From Clostridia bacterium (lineage in GTDB: Bacteria; Bacillota; Clostridia; Christensenellales; CAG-138), in contig JAFZYC010000078.1 in NCBI GenBank assembly GCA_017616435.1, positions 29,716 to 93,715 of the forward strand: 64,000 nt of DNA. The letters run 5' to 3'. A program made the position numbers and the translations under genes. A model generated the notes under the pieces. That model had not been told where the DNA came from. It did not search any database and was given only the letters and a program-made list of their open reading frames with translations. This document shows positions 9,801-18,024 of this stretch, in pieces (positions within the stretch are counted from its first letter, which is position 1; every line of letters begins with the position of its first letter).

Positions 9801-11195
9801 TCAAAGTGAAGCTACTACGCTGCGAACGTAATCTTCGTCAGTATTGGTCTCCTCGACAAGGAATCTGATGTCCTCGTCGGTGAGTTCGTCCTTGTGCGTT
9901 CCGACAGCCCTCTTGATGCGGCTCCTGCGCATGTGGTCAAGATCGAGATCGGTGACCTGTATAAGCGAGGGATGAGCGGGAAGTATTATGTTCTTTCCGG
10001 GGATCTCGTCCTTGGGATCGCCGAAATGGATATCTATCCCGTTCTGACGGGCGAAAGAGAGCTGCGGATTGATATGCTTGCCGGCGCCGGTGTACTCGGT
10101 CTCCTGAACGACGATGCACTGATCGCGATCAAGATCCTGAGCAAGACGGAAAGCGGCGGCGAGTGAGGTGTTGCCCGCGGGGCCCTTTTCCAGGCCTTCG
10201 AGGGAGGCAAGGCATTCCGTGATATAGAACACGCTGCCCTGAGTTACCGTTACGTACCTGTCCATATAGCGCAGGGGACGCGCGGCGCTCCTCGGAACGT
10301 CTGAATGATCGGGGTTAACGGAATAAGGAACACCGAAGCCGGTATGGCCGGTCGTAAAGCTCTTTTTGTTGAACTGGCTGTCGCTTGCCATGTGAAGTCC
10401 GGAAAGATTGACGGAAGCCGCTATGACCTTGGCGCTGCATCCTGCCTTTCTGAGGCCGCGGGCTGTACCGGTGAGGTTGCCGCCGCCTGCGTTCGTGCAG
10501 ACTACGACGTCGGGATCCTTGCCGACTTTAGCGCGGAACTGCTCCGCGATCTCGTAACCGAGCGTTTCAACGCCAGCGATACCGAAGGGGGTATAGAGAG
10601 AGGCGTTGAAGTATCCCGTTTCCTCAAGCAGCTGCAGCACAGTCGAGAAGAGCTCGGGCCCGACGGTGAGCTGTACTACCTCTGCTCCCAAAGCCTCGCA
10701 CTTGCGCGCCTTTTCGATTATCTCCGGCTGACCCACGCCGTGTGAATCGTAGCATTCCTGCACGACGATGCATTTAAGACCGGCCATTGCGGCGCAGCAT
10801 GCGACGGCGGCGCCGTAGTTGCCGCTCGTTGCCGTAACTACGCCCTTATAACCGAGCTTCTTTGCCTGATAGACGCTGGTGCACGCGCGGCGAGCTTTGA
10901 AGGATCCGGAGGGATTCGACGCCTCGTCCTTTATGAATATGCGGGCGCCCTTTCCCTCGGGTGCGCATTTGCGAGCGAGCTCGGTAAGGTTCTTGAGCTC
11001 GATAAGAGGCGTGTTGCCGATGGAGAACATGGACTGAACACGCCTGATCTCGTCGATGGTATAGCCGGTCGCTTCCATCATGGCTTCGTAATCGAAACCG
11101 ATGCCGGGCTTTTCGAACTTGTCGAAATCCATGCCGACCGCGTTCTTTATGATCTCGTTCTTGCGGGCCATTATGGCGTCATAACTGTTATCCAT
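9801..11195 (-). CDS. ortB: 2-amino-4-oxopentanoate thiolase, beta subunit (PLP)
   Basis: KDEASNPSGSFKARRA, ATSGNYG, GPAGNTSLAAA; operon context. Confidence 0.93.
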   Translation of the reverse strand: MDNSYDAIMARKNEIIKNAVGMDFDKFEKPGIGFDYEAMMEATGYTIDEIRRVQSMFSIGNTPLIELKNLTELARKCAPEGKGARIFIKDEASNPSGSFKARRACTSVYQAKKLGYKGVVTATSGNYGAAVACCAAMAGLKCIVVQECYDSHGVGQPEIIEKARKCEALGAEVVQLTVGPELFSTVLQLLEETGYFNASLYTPFGIAGVETLGYEIAEQFRAKVGKDPDVVVCTNAGGGNLTGTARGLRKAGCSAKVIAASVNLSGLHMASDSQFNKKSFTTGHTGFGVPYSVNPDHSDVPRSAARPLRYMDRYVTVTQGSVFYITECLASLEGLEKGPAGNTSLAAAFRLAQDLDRDQCIVVQETEYTGAGKHINPQLSFARQNGIDIHFGDPKDEIPGKNIILPAHPSLIQVTDLDLDHMRRSRIKRAVGTHKDELTDEDIRFLVEETNTDEDYVRSVVASL

Positions 11196-11494
11196 CAGTC
11201 TTCACCTCCGAACGTTATCTTGCGGACGGTATTTCCGATCTCGAGCACTTCGGGAACGAAAAACCCGAAATTGTGCTCGAAATATGGGTTGACCTTAACG
11301 ACTTCGCCCTTGGCGTGACGTCCGGTCCTTGTAACGACCTCGGCGACTTCGCCGATCTCGGCGTCCTCCGTAAGGTAGCCTTTTACCCACATTTCAAGGG
11401 GATTTGCTTTCGTATCCTCGGGAAGAGCTGAAGAACGCTCCTCGGGCGGAAGAACGACATTGTGTATTTGTACCCAATCGCCTTTCTTTGCCAT
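11195..11494 (-). CDS. ortA: 2-amino-4-oxopentanoate thiolase, alpha subunit
   Basis: 99 aa; KKGDWVQIH, PEDTKxxPLEMWVKG, TRTGR, HNFG. Confidence 0.92.
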   Translation of the reverse strand: MAKKGDWVQIHNVVLPPEERSSALPEDTKANPLEMWVKGYLTEDAEIGEVAEVVTRTGRHAKGEVVKVNPYFEHNFGFFVPEVLEIGNTVRKITFGGED

Positions 11495-11520
11495 AAATAC
11501 CTCCAGTTATTATAAAGTTC

Positions 11521-11548
11521 GGGAAGTCGGCGTAAGCGCCGGCTTCCC
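11521..11548 (-). terminator. Intra-operon stem-loop between ord and ortA
   Basis: GGGAAGTCGGCG-taag-CGCCGGCTTCCC, a 12-bp stem without a strong U-tract. Confidence 0.45.
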
Positions 11549-11558
11549 TGAATACCGT

Positions 11559-12605
11559 TTATTTTTCTATGTAGTCGCGGAAGTCGCCCATGATGGCATG
11601 GGGAACGGGCAGATCGATCATGGTCTTAAGACCGGGCTTCGCGTTGATGACATGGGGGATCATGTTGACGCACATCGCTATCGTACCCAGACCGCCCTCG
11701 ACCTCGGGAGTATTGGCAACATGGATAGCGGGGGTGCCTTCGATAACGACGTAATCGCCGGTATGCGTGCCTTCCATCTCGGGTTCGATCTGCTGGGGAT
11801 GGATGAGGTCGATCTTCATCTTGCCGTCGACATAGGCCTGCGCGGTCATGTTGACTCCGGCGACGTTGCCCGCGGCTGCAAAGCCGTAGGGAGCCTGACG
11901 GTCTACGCTCGTGACTATGGGAGCCATCTGCTTCTCGAACTTATCGATCTTCCAGCCAAGGGCTTCCGCGATCATGCCGGCGGACTCCTCAAAGCCTACG
12001 TGACCGGCCAGAGTGCCGTCTTCAACGCCCTTGTTGAACTCTTCGACAGTGATGCCAATGCCCTGCTCCTTCATGACGGCGGGACCGAAGGGGGAGAGGG
12101 AGTTGACGCGCTTGCACATGACGGACTCGACGTCGATCATGCAGCCGGAGAGGCAGATAGCAAGGAGGTCCATCATAAGGCCGGGATTGATGCCTGTGTC
12201 GAGTACGGAAACGCCGTTTTCCTTCGCTATACGGTCAAGCTCCGCGGCGAGCTCGGGATGCTGAGCCTTGGGATAGCTCATCTCTTCGGCAGTGGTCACG
12301 ACGTTGATCCCGTTCTCGAGAACGAACTTGATCTTCGGGAATACTGCGGGGACAAAGGAATCGGTCGCGACTATCGCGACGTCGGCAGCGCCCTTATAGA
12401 TGACAGTGTTGATATCATTGGAGATGAGCACGTCCTTGCGATCGCCCCTTTCGATGCCGAGCCGGTCGAAAATGCTCATGCCGTTGAGCTTATCCCACAT
12501 GTCGCAGACGCCTGTGATCTCCACGCCCTTTTTGCCGAGGAGCATTTTTGCAATGCCGGAACCCATTGCGCCGAAGCCCCAAATAGCAACTTTAACATTT
12601 TTCAT
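11559..12605 (-). CDS. ord: 2,4-diaminopentanoate dehydrogenase
   Basis: WGFGAMGSG Rossmann motif, TTAEEM, TGINPG, HVGF, EGGLGTIAM; first gene of the ornithine operon. Confidence 0.93.
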   Translation of the reverse strand: MKNVKVAIWGFGAMGSGIAKMLLGKKGVEITGVCDMWDKLNGMSIFDRLGIERGDRKDVLISNDINTVIYKGAADVAIVATDSFVPAVFPKIKFVLENGINVVTTAEEMSYPKAQHPELAAELDRIAKENGVSVLDTGINPGLMMDLLAICLSGCMIDVESVMCKRVNSLSPFGPAVMKEQGIGITVEEFNKGVEDGTLAGHVGFEESAGMIAEALGWKIDKFEKQMAPIVTSVDRQAPYGFAAAGNVAGVNMTAQAYVDGKMKIDLIHPQQIEPEMEGTHTGDYVVIEGTPAIHVANTPEVEGGLGTIAMCVNMIPHVINAKPGLKTMIDLPVPHAIMGDFRDYIEK

Positions 12606-12664
12606 AATTGACCTCCGTGTATGATGATTCGTTGATTGGATTAGGCATATTCTACCAAATAGAA

Positions 12665-12693
12665 ATTATATCATATCGCTTGTAGAACTGCAA
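12665..12693 (-). promoter_or_regulatory. Sigma-A promoter of the ornithine operon
   Basis: TTGCAG-17 bp-TATAAT with an extended TG. Confidence 0.75.
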
Positions 12694-12740
12694 ACCCCAG
12701 AATGCTCGAGAAAAGATTATATTTTTGACTTCCGGCATTG

Positions 12741-12769
12741 TTGCAATCGTTCGAAAAGGAAGGTATAAT
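12741..12769 (+). promoter_or_regulatory. Sigma-A promoter of the dockerin protease gene
   Basis: TTGCAA-17 bp-TATAAT, upstream of AAGGAGG and ATG 12815. Confidence 0.75.
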
Positions 12770-12814
12770 ATTGCCGCTGAGTTTTTGGCAAAGCATATAA
12801 AGGAGGACCGAAAC

Positions 12815-15223
12815 ATGAGCAAAAAGCTGATAGCGCTCATCGCCGTACTGGCAATGATTCTTTCGGCAGTTCCCGCATTTCCCGTTAGCGCGGATCCCGA
12901 GGCTGACCTGATAGGAACCGGCAGTCTCATACTTGATACAGACCCTGCTGGCGGCTACGAGGGCGATTATGTTGTTATCTACAATCCCTCGACATCCGCT
13001 TATACAAGCTATTCAACGGGCAACATGACGGGGCTTATAGAGACCGAAGCCGACCCCTATGCGAGCGTAGTCGGCTGCGACGCTGTTTCCGACGAACCCG
13101 TCAGGGTAGACGTTGACGGCTTAATTGCAAGGATCGACGCCGAAAGGCCCAAGGTAGATCCTCCCACAGCGGAGAAGACCTCGTATAACGTCGGCGACAT
13201 TAGGACGTTTACGATCAGCAATTACAGTCCCGGCTCTTCGAATCTCAGCTTCAAATGCGTTGCTAAAGGCGATCATTGCTACGTCTGGACGCCCTCCCAG
13301 AACGTTACTAACTATTATCCGCTCGACGTAATAGATCCGACGTACCCGCAGCTTATCTGCGACGAGTTCGAATCCAACTACGCACTCATGAACAGCTCGT
13401 TCGGCGATCATTCCAACGGTTCGAACGGCGACGGCAGGGTGCATCTTATGTTCTATAACATCGACGACGGATTCCAGCCCGGCGTAAGCAACAGCTATGT
13501 TGCGGGGTATTTCTCTTCATACGATTTTTCCACAAACGGTCTCCCCATGATCCACGTGGATACTTATCCCTGCATCTATTACGTCAATACCTCCGGAGAT
13601 GTGATACTGAGGCCCGAGAACTCTTTCAGCGTTTTCTGCCATGAATACCAGCATCTTATCAATTACTCCCAGACCGGCGGTATGGATTCATGGCTCAACG
13701 AATGCATGAGCGCGGCCGCGGAGGAGATCTGCTATCCCGGATCGAGTGTGATCCCCAGGATCCAGAGCTGGGAGAACTATTATTATTCAACGAACGACGA
13801 TTGGCTCGATCCTCCTCACGAGTTTGCGTACACGCCGGCTTATGAGCTTCATAACGGCTACTCCATGTACGATTGGAGCAACTATCTTGATTACGTTCTG
13901 CCCCTGTATTCGCAGGTATCGCTGTTCTCTCAGTATCTGTTTACTCATTACGGAAATCCGATATTCAAGACCATTACGCAGCAGTATACTGTCACGGACA
14001 ACTGCGTGTCTGCTATTGCCAACGCCACGGGGGCGAATACACCCGAGCTCGTTAAGAACTTCAGGATAGCGCTCGTCGCGAACGATTATGCCGCCTTTGA
14101 CGGAGAGTACGGCTTCGTTCCTCAGAACGGATACGATCCCGAAGAATATCATAACGTTGCGAACCCCTACGATCTGCTCGCACCCGTTATTTTCACCGGG
14201 AGCAGCTGTACGATCAGCGGCGGCGGAGCCATAACAGTAAAACCCATCGGCGGTGTTTACAATCCTCCGTCCAACGCCTCGTCCAGTCTTGTTTATATAG
14301 GCGTTACGCGCAATCTCAACACGGAGCCCGTGTCGCTTGAAGGCATCGAGCTTTCCGTCGACAACGCAACGGCCTATGTCGGCCATACCGTCTCGCTTTC
14401 CGTTATTCGCACTCCTTATAACGCCAACGATTACACTGTCACGTGGACCAGCACCAATCCCGCTGTAGCGACCGTGACCGGCTCAACCAGATCCGCTGTT
14501 GTAACCGGAGTATCGACCGGCAGGACAACGATCATCTGCCGCGCGACGGATAATATCACCAACAACACATATTCCGCTTTTGCCTCGGTCAACGTACTCG
14601 ACTTCCCGACTCTCGACGAAGCGCTTAACGTTCCCGGCGGGACTCTCCATTTCACCACCTCGTCCGGATATCCGTGGGAGGTAAACATCGATTCGAGCGG
14701 CAGGGCTTACGCAAACTCCACTAACGTCGGCGCAGACAGCTCTTCGTCGTCCGTTCAGACAACGATCCAGATGCAGGCGGGGGAGACTATTTCGTTCGAA
14801 TGGAGCGTCAGCAGCGAATCGGGGTATGATAAGCTCAAGTTCTACGTCAATAATACCGAGCAGTCCGGAAACATCAGCGGCAACGTTCCCTTCACGGCGG
14901 TAACTTATACGGCCCCTTCCACGGGTTCATACACTTTTAAGTGGTCATATGAAAAGGACTACTCCGTAAACAGCGGGAGCGATATGGGCTATCTTGACAA
15001 CGTTTCATACAGCGGAGACCCCGGAGTGGGCTTCCTCGCAGGAGACGTAGATATGGACGGCGACGTGGATTCTGCCGACGCCCTGATGATACTGCGCTAT
15101 GCTATGGGCGTGATCTCGCTCACCGACGAGCAGATACTCAGAGCAGAGGTCGACGGCGACGGGAACATTACTTCCGCCGACGCGATCTATGTATTGAGGA
15201 TCGCGCTTGGAATAATAGGCTGA
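12815..15223 (+). CDS. Secreted zinc metalloprotease (M30-like) with an Ig-like Big_2 domain, a beta-rich module and a C-terminal dockerin
   Basis: Signal peptide MSKKLIALIAVLAMILSAVPAFPVSA; HEYQH plus WLNE zinc motif; TWTSTNPAVATV Big_2 signature; duplicated dockerin repeat GDVDMDGDVDSADALMILRY / AEVDGDGNITSADAIYVLR. Confidence 0.85.
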   Translation: MSKKLIALIAVLAMILSAVPAFPVSADPEADLIGTGSLILDTDPAGGYEGDYVVIYNPSTSAYTSYSTGNMTGLIETEADPYASVVGCDAVSDEPVRVDVDGLIARIDAERPKVDPPTAEKTSYNVGDIRTFTISNYSPGSSNLSFKCVAKGDHCYVWTPSQNVTNYYPLDVIDPTYPQLICDEFESNYALMNSSFGDHSNGSNGDGRVHLMFYNIDDGFQPGVSNSYVAGYFSSYDFSTNGLPMIHVDTYPCIYYVNTSGDVILRPENSFSVFCHEYQHLINYSQTGGMDSWLNECMSAAAEEICYPGSSVIPRIQSWENYYYSTNDDWLDPPHEFAYTPAYELHNGYSMYDWSNYLDYVLPLYSQVSLFSQYLFTHYGNPIFKTITQQYTVTDNCVSAIANATGANTPELVKNFRIALVANDYAAFDGEYGFVPQNGYDPEEYHNVANPYDLLAPVIFTGSSCTISGGGAITVKPIGGVYNPPSNASSSLVYIGVTRNLNTEPVSLEGIELSVDNATAYVGHTVSLSVIRTPYNANDYTVTWTSTNPAVATVTGSTRSAVVTGVSTGRTTIICRATDNITNNTYSAFASVNVLDFPTLDEALNVPGGTLHFTTSSGYPWEVNIDSSGRAYANSTNVGADSSSSSVQTTIQMQAGETISFEWSVSSESGYDKLKFYVNNTEQSGNISGNVPFTAVTYTAPSTGSYTFKWSYEKDYSVNSGSDMGYLDNVSYSGDPGVGFLAGDVDMDGDVDSADALMILRYAMGVISLTDEQILRAEVDGDGNITSADAIYVLRIALGIIG

Positions 15224-15239
15224 GTAAAAGTATAATAAT

Positions 15240-15269
15240 ACGCTTCCGCTTGATAAGCGGAGGCGTTTT
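15240..15269. terminator. Intrinsic terminator between convergent genes
   Basis: ACGCTTCCGCTT-gat-AAGCGGAGGCGT-TTT. Confidence 0.7.
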
Positions 15270-15280
15270 GATACTGTCTG

Positions 15281-15886
15281 TCATGCCCAATCGTCTTTGC
15301 TTACGGGAATCCTGATGCCGCTCATTACGCCCTCGAAAGACCAAAGGAACCATTGATCCGTAGATGGCTTATGCCGCAATACCAGATACCTTTCCGAATC
15401 CGCGCCGGAGGATCGCAGGAACAGCTTAAGATAACCCTCGCTGATCTGGTCGCGGCTGTGTGCGAGTTCAAGAACGTTCACGGTGTAAGGAACGGAGGGA
15501 GTGTAGTCGTTCTGCGGGGAAGTACCCTCAAAATACGAACGCGGAACATAGTCGACGCCGTCCATGAACCTGTCCTTGATAAACGAAATGTCCATCGGAA
15601 CAAGGGGACGCGGACCTTTGATATAGTTCAGCATCTCAATAGAAGCGTCTTTGTTCTTCGGGAAAAGATCCAGCGCGGCGATAGTGAACGCGGCGACGGC
15701 ATAGGGATCCTTAAGATCGGAGCCGGGAAGCGCCATGAGCTCCGTTAGGTTTTCGGGAAGCTTGGCAAAAGCATAAGGATAGCTTTTGTTAGTCACAGCG
15801 TCCTTAGCAGCACCGCTTATACTGTCGGAAAGGCTTTTCTTCAAAGCTTTGCCTGCTTTTTTTAAAAGGTCGTCAAGGAAACTCAT
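15281..15886 (-). CDS. Conserved hypothetical protein (recalled as resembling DUF6935-type proteins)
   Basis: Pattern SYFxGxSPxNDYTP...SSGADSxR...WFLW...GIRxP...DDWA recalled from clostridial hypothetical proteins. GAGGTG precedes ATG 15886. Family name unverified. Confidence 0.65.
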   Translation of the reverse strand: MSFLDDLLKKAGKALKKSLSDSISGAAKDAVTNKSYPYAFAKLPENLTELMALPGSDLKDPYAVAAFTIAALDLFPKNKDASIEMLNYIKGPRPLVPMDISFIKDRFMDGVDYVPRSYFEGTSPQNDYTPSVPYTVNVLELAHSRDQISEGYLKLFLRSSGADSERYLVLRHKPSTDQWFLWSFEGVMSGIRIPVSKDDWA

Positions 15887-15957
15887 CAGGGCCACCTCTT
15901 TCTTATGTTATTCGAATTGTATATTAACACATGATCGTGTCATTTGCAAGAACAATG

Positions 15958-16818
15958 TCAATAAGGCGGGGGAGATGACGCGGCAAGAGAAGACTCATAT
16001 AGCTTTTTCAGCCAATCCTGCTCGTATTCTGCTTTTGCGCTGCGCTCTGCGGGAATGAGGCCTAACATACATATTGTGGATTGGGATTTAACGGAAAGAA
16101 CATACTCGATATAACTCTCCGCGTACGGGATTTTGTTTTGATCTATCCCGTTATAAACCCCAATCAATTGTTTTTTCAGACTGCCTTCGATGGGTTCTGC
16201 CTCAAAGTAAGGGCATTTTCCAATGAGCTCCGCACGGTAAAGGTCGCCCGCGCCCCTTATGTCGCAGATGCATGATGACGCCTTGCCCTTTTTGAACTGT
16301 TCGACTGGAGCTGCGTTTTGTATAAGCTCATCAAGATCTTTTACGATCGCCGCGGAAGGATCGTAAACGACCAGATCTCCCGTGGAGCAATACGGCCTTG
16401 CATAGGAAACGTTATAGATCGCTCCATCTGGGAAGCTGATAATATCCGGCCTAGAGCCGCGCATAAGCTGTTCTTCCGCTTCCATGGGAGAATATGCCTT
16501 CACGTTGAAATACACGCCAACGTATCCGTTGGCGAAGTCTGCTGCTTTGTTTTCCAGCCAACGGCTGAGGCTTCCCGTATAAGGCTTGAAACCTGCGATA
16601 TGCCAGATCTCGACGATCACGGTTTCGGGCTCTTTTTCAGGAAGGAACCATTCCCTGTATTGATCGGAGCTGAGTCCGTCCTTAAATAATTTAGGCGAAA
16701 TATAAACAAAAAAGCCTGCAGAGATAAGCAAAATCAGACACAGGATACGCTTCCTAAGCAGGCTTATATTCGTCTTATTCATCCCCGTTTTTTTCATAAG
16801 GGATAATATGAAGATCAA
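15958..16818 (-). CDS. Membrane-anchored exported protein, solute-binding-protein-like
   Basis: N-terminal basic plus hydrophobic anchor; IWH...PDIISF segment resembles solute-binding proteins. Start uncertain (16818/16797/16782). Confidence 0.55.
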   Translation of the reverse strand: MIFILSLMKKTGMNKTNISLLRKRILCLILLISAGFFVYISPKLFKDGLSSDQYREWFLPEKEPETVIVEIWHIAGFKPYTGSLSRWLENKAADFANGYVGVYFNVKAYSPMEAEEQLMRGSRPDIISFPDGAIYNVSYARPYCSTGDLVVYDPSAAIVKDLDELIQNAAPVEQFKKGKASSCICDIRGAGDLYRAELIGKCPYFEAEPIEGSLKKQLIGVYNGIDQNKIPYAESYIEYVLSVKSQSTICMLGLIPAERSAKAEYEQDWLKKLYESSLAASSPPPY

Positions 16819-16825
16819 AGGGCCG

Positions 16826-17929
16826 TTATTCGTCGCCTTGATCGAGGTGAGGGGGGAGAGGATCGTCCTCCGGCTCGTTTTCGCCGCGCAGCTTGACTAC
16901 TTCAGCCGCCAGTCTTCGCCTGTCCTCGCTCATTGCGGCGTAATGCTTCCTCGTGGTGTTCACGTCCTTATGGCCCAAAACATCGGCGACAAGGTAGATA
17001 TCTCCGGTCTCGCGATATAGCATAGTACCGTAAGTGCTGCGCAGCTTATGCGGAGAGATCTTTTTGAGCGGCGCCGCTATCCTTGCGTACTTCTTGACAA
17101 GGACTTCTACGGAACGAACGCTCATACGCTTTTTTTGCAAGGAGAGAAACAGCGCGTTTTCATGTCCCTCGGCGGCGATCATTCCTTCGCGATACAGCAT
17201 GTAACGAAGAAGCGCCTGCCTGACCTCCGAGCCGAAAACTATCTGCTCTTCGTTTCCGCCTTTTCTTGTGATACGTACTTCATTGGACATGAAGTTCAGA
17301 TCGTCAAGATCTATCCCGACGAGCTCGCTGATACGCATTCCGGTACCCAGAAATAATGTAATAATTGCTGTGTCTCGTATTGCGTTCGTCTGATGATATA
17401 TTCTTTGCTTTTCGGTCAAGCCGTCGCCGTTTTCAACGGTTTCGAGCAGTTTTTCCATCTCGTCCGGCTCAAGCCTTATTATAGGCTTTTCGTGAAGCTT
17501 GGGAGTATCGACGAGGGCGGGGGCGTTGTTTTTGATGCGTTCCTTTTTGTAAAGATATTTGAACAAAGCCCTGATAGCGGAAAGCTTGCGCGCTTTCGCG
17601 CGTTCGCCGTTGATGACGAGCTCATCGGAATCTTCGTCGGGCTGGTACAGGGATACGTATTCAAGATAACATTCTATGCAGACAGAATCGATCTTTTCGA
17701 GCACAGCATAATCTATCTGCCGCATGGATTCCAAACCTTCGCAGATATCCGTACCCAAAAGATACGTAAAAAAGGTTTTAAGATCGACCGCATAGCCGTA
17801 TCGCGTCATGATACCGGTCGTAAGCTCGATACCGCGAAAGAAGTCCGTACAGCATGGCGGAAGCGTTAATACGAGCTCTCGCAGCTTGAGCGTGTATTTC
17901 TTTGTCTTTTCGATAGAGTATTCGCTCAT
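16826..17929 (-). CDS. Chromosomal tyrosine recombinase, XerC/XerS-like
   Basis: Full catalytic set: GMRISEL (R), RKGG (K), HKLR (HxxR), LGH, RKHY (Y); 367 aa; RBS AAGGAGG. Confidence 0.93.
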   Translation of the reverse strand: MSEYSIEKTKKYTLKLRELVLTLPPCCTDFFRGIELTTGIMTRYGYAVDLKTFFTYLLGTDICEGLESMRQIDYAVLEKIDSVCIECYLEYVSLYQPDEDSDELVINGERAKARKLSAIRALFKYLYKKERIKNNAPALVDTPKLHEKPIIRLEPDEMEKLLETVENGDGLTEKQRIYHQTNAIRDTAIITLFLGTGMRISELVGIDLDDLNFMSNEVRITRKGGNEEQIVFGSEVRQALLRYMLYREGMIAAEGHENALFLSLQKKRMSVRSVEVLVKKYARIAAPLKKISPHKLRSTYGTMLYRETGDIYLVADVLGHKDVNTTRKHYAAMSEDRRRLAAEVVKLRGENEPEDDPLPPHLDQGDE

Positions 17930-17956
17930 GGGGAAGCCTCCTTATGTGCTGAGCTC

Positions 17957-17985
17957 ATTATAACACAACATTGCGTTAAAGACAA
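17957..17985 (-). promoter_or_regulatory. Sigma-A promoter of the recombinase gene
   Basis: TTGTCT-17 bp-TATAAT with an extended TG. The -35 sits in the spacer of the palindrome. Confidence 0.7.
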
Positions 17986-18001
17986 GTTTAACGCAATGTT
18001 G
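17966..18001. repeat. Perfect 15-6-15 inverted repeat; candidate recombinase-binding/dif-like site
   Basis: CAACATTGCGTTAAA-GACAAG-TTTAACGCAATGTTG, 36 bp upstream of the recombinase start. The repeat is certain; its function is inferred. Confidence 0.85.
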
Positions 18002-18024
18002 AATACGCTTTTTGGTAAAATATA

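Noticed and set aside
3503-12611. Long plus-strand ORFs 3503-4702, 8470-9354 and 11460-12611
   Set aside because: Antisense shadows of alr, oraE and ord with no recognisable domains.
12606-12664. Cobalamin or amino-acid riboswitch ahead of the B12-dependent ornithine operon
   Set aside because: The predicted leader is only about 50 nt and has no riboswitch motifs.
16826-17929. Recombinase as the integrase of a prophage or ICE
   Set aside because: No phage, conjugation or excisionase genes, no flanking att repeats or composition shift; the neighbours are housekeeping genes.
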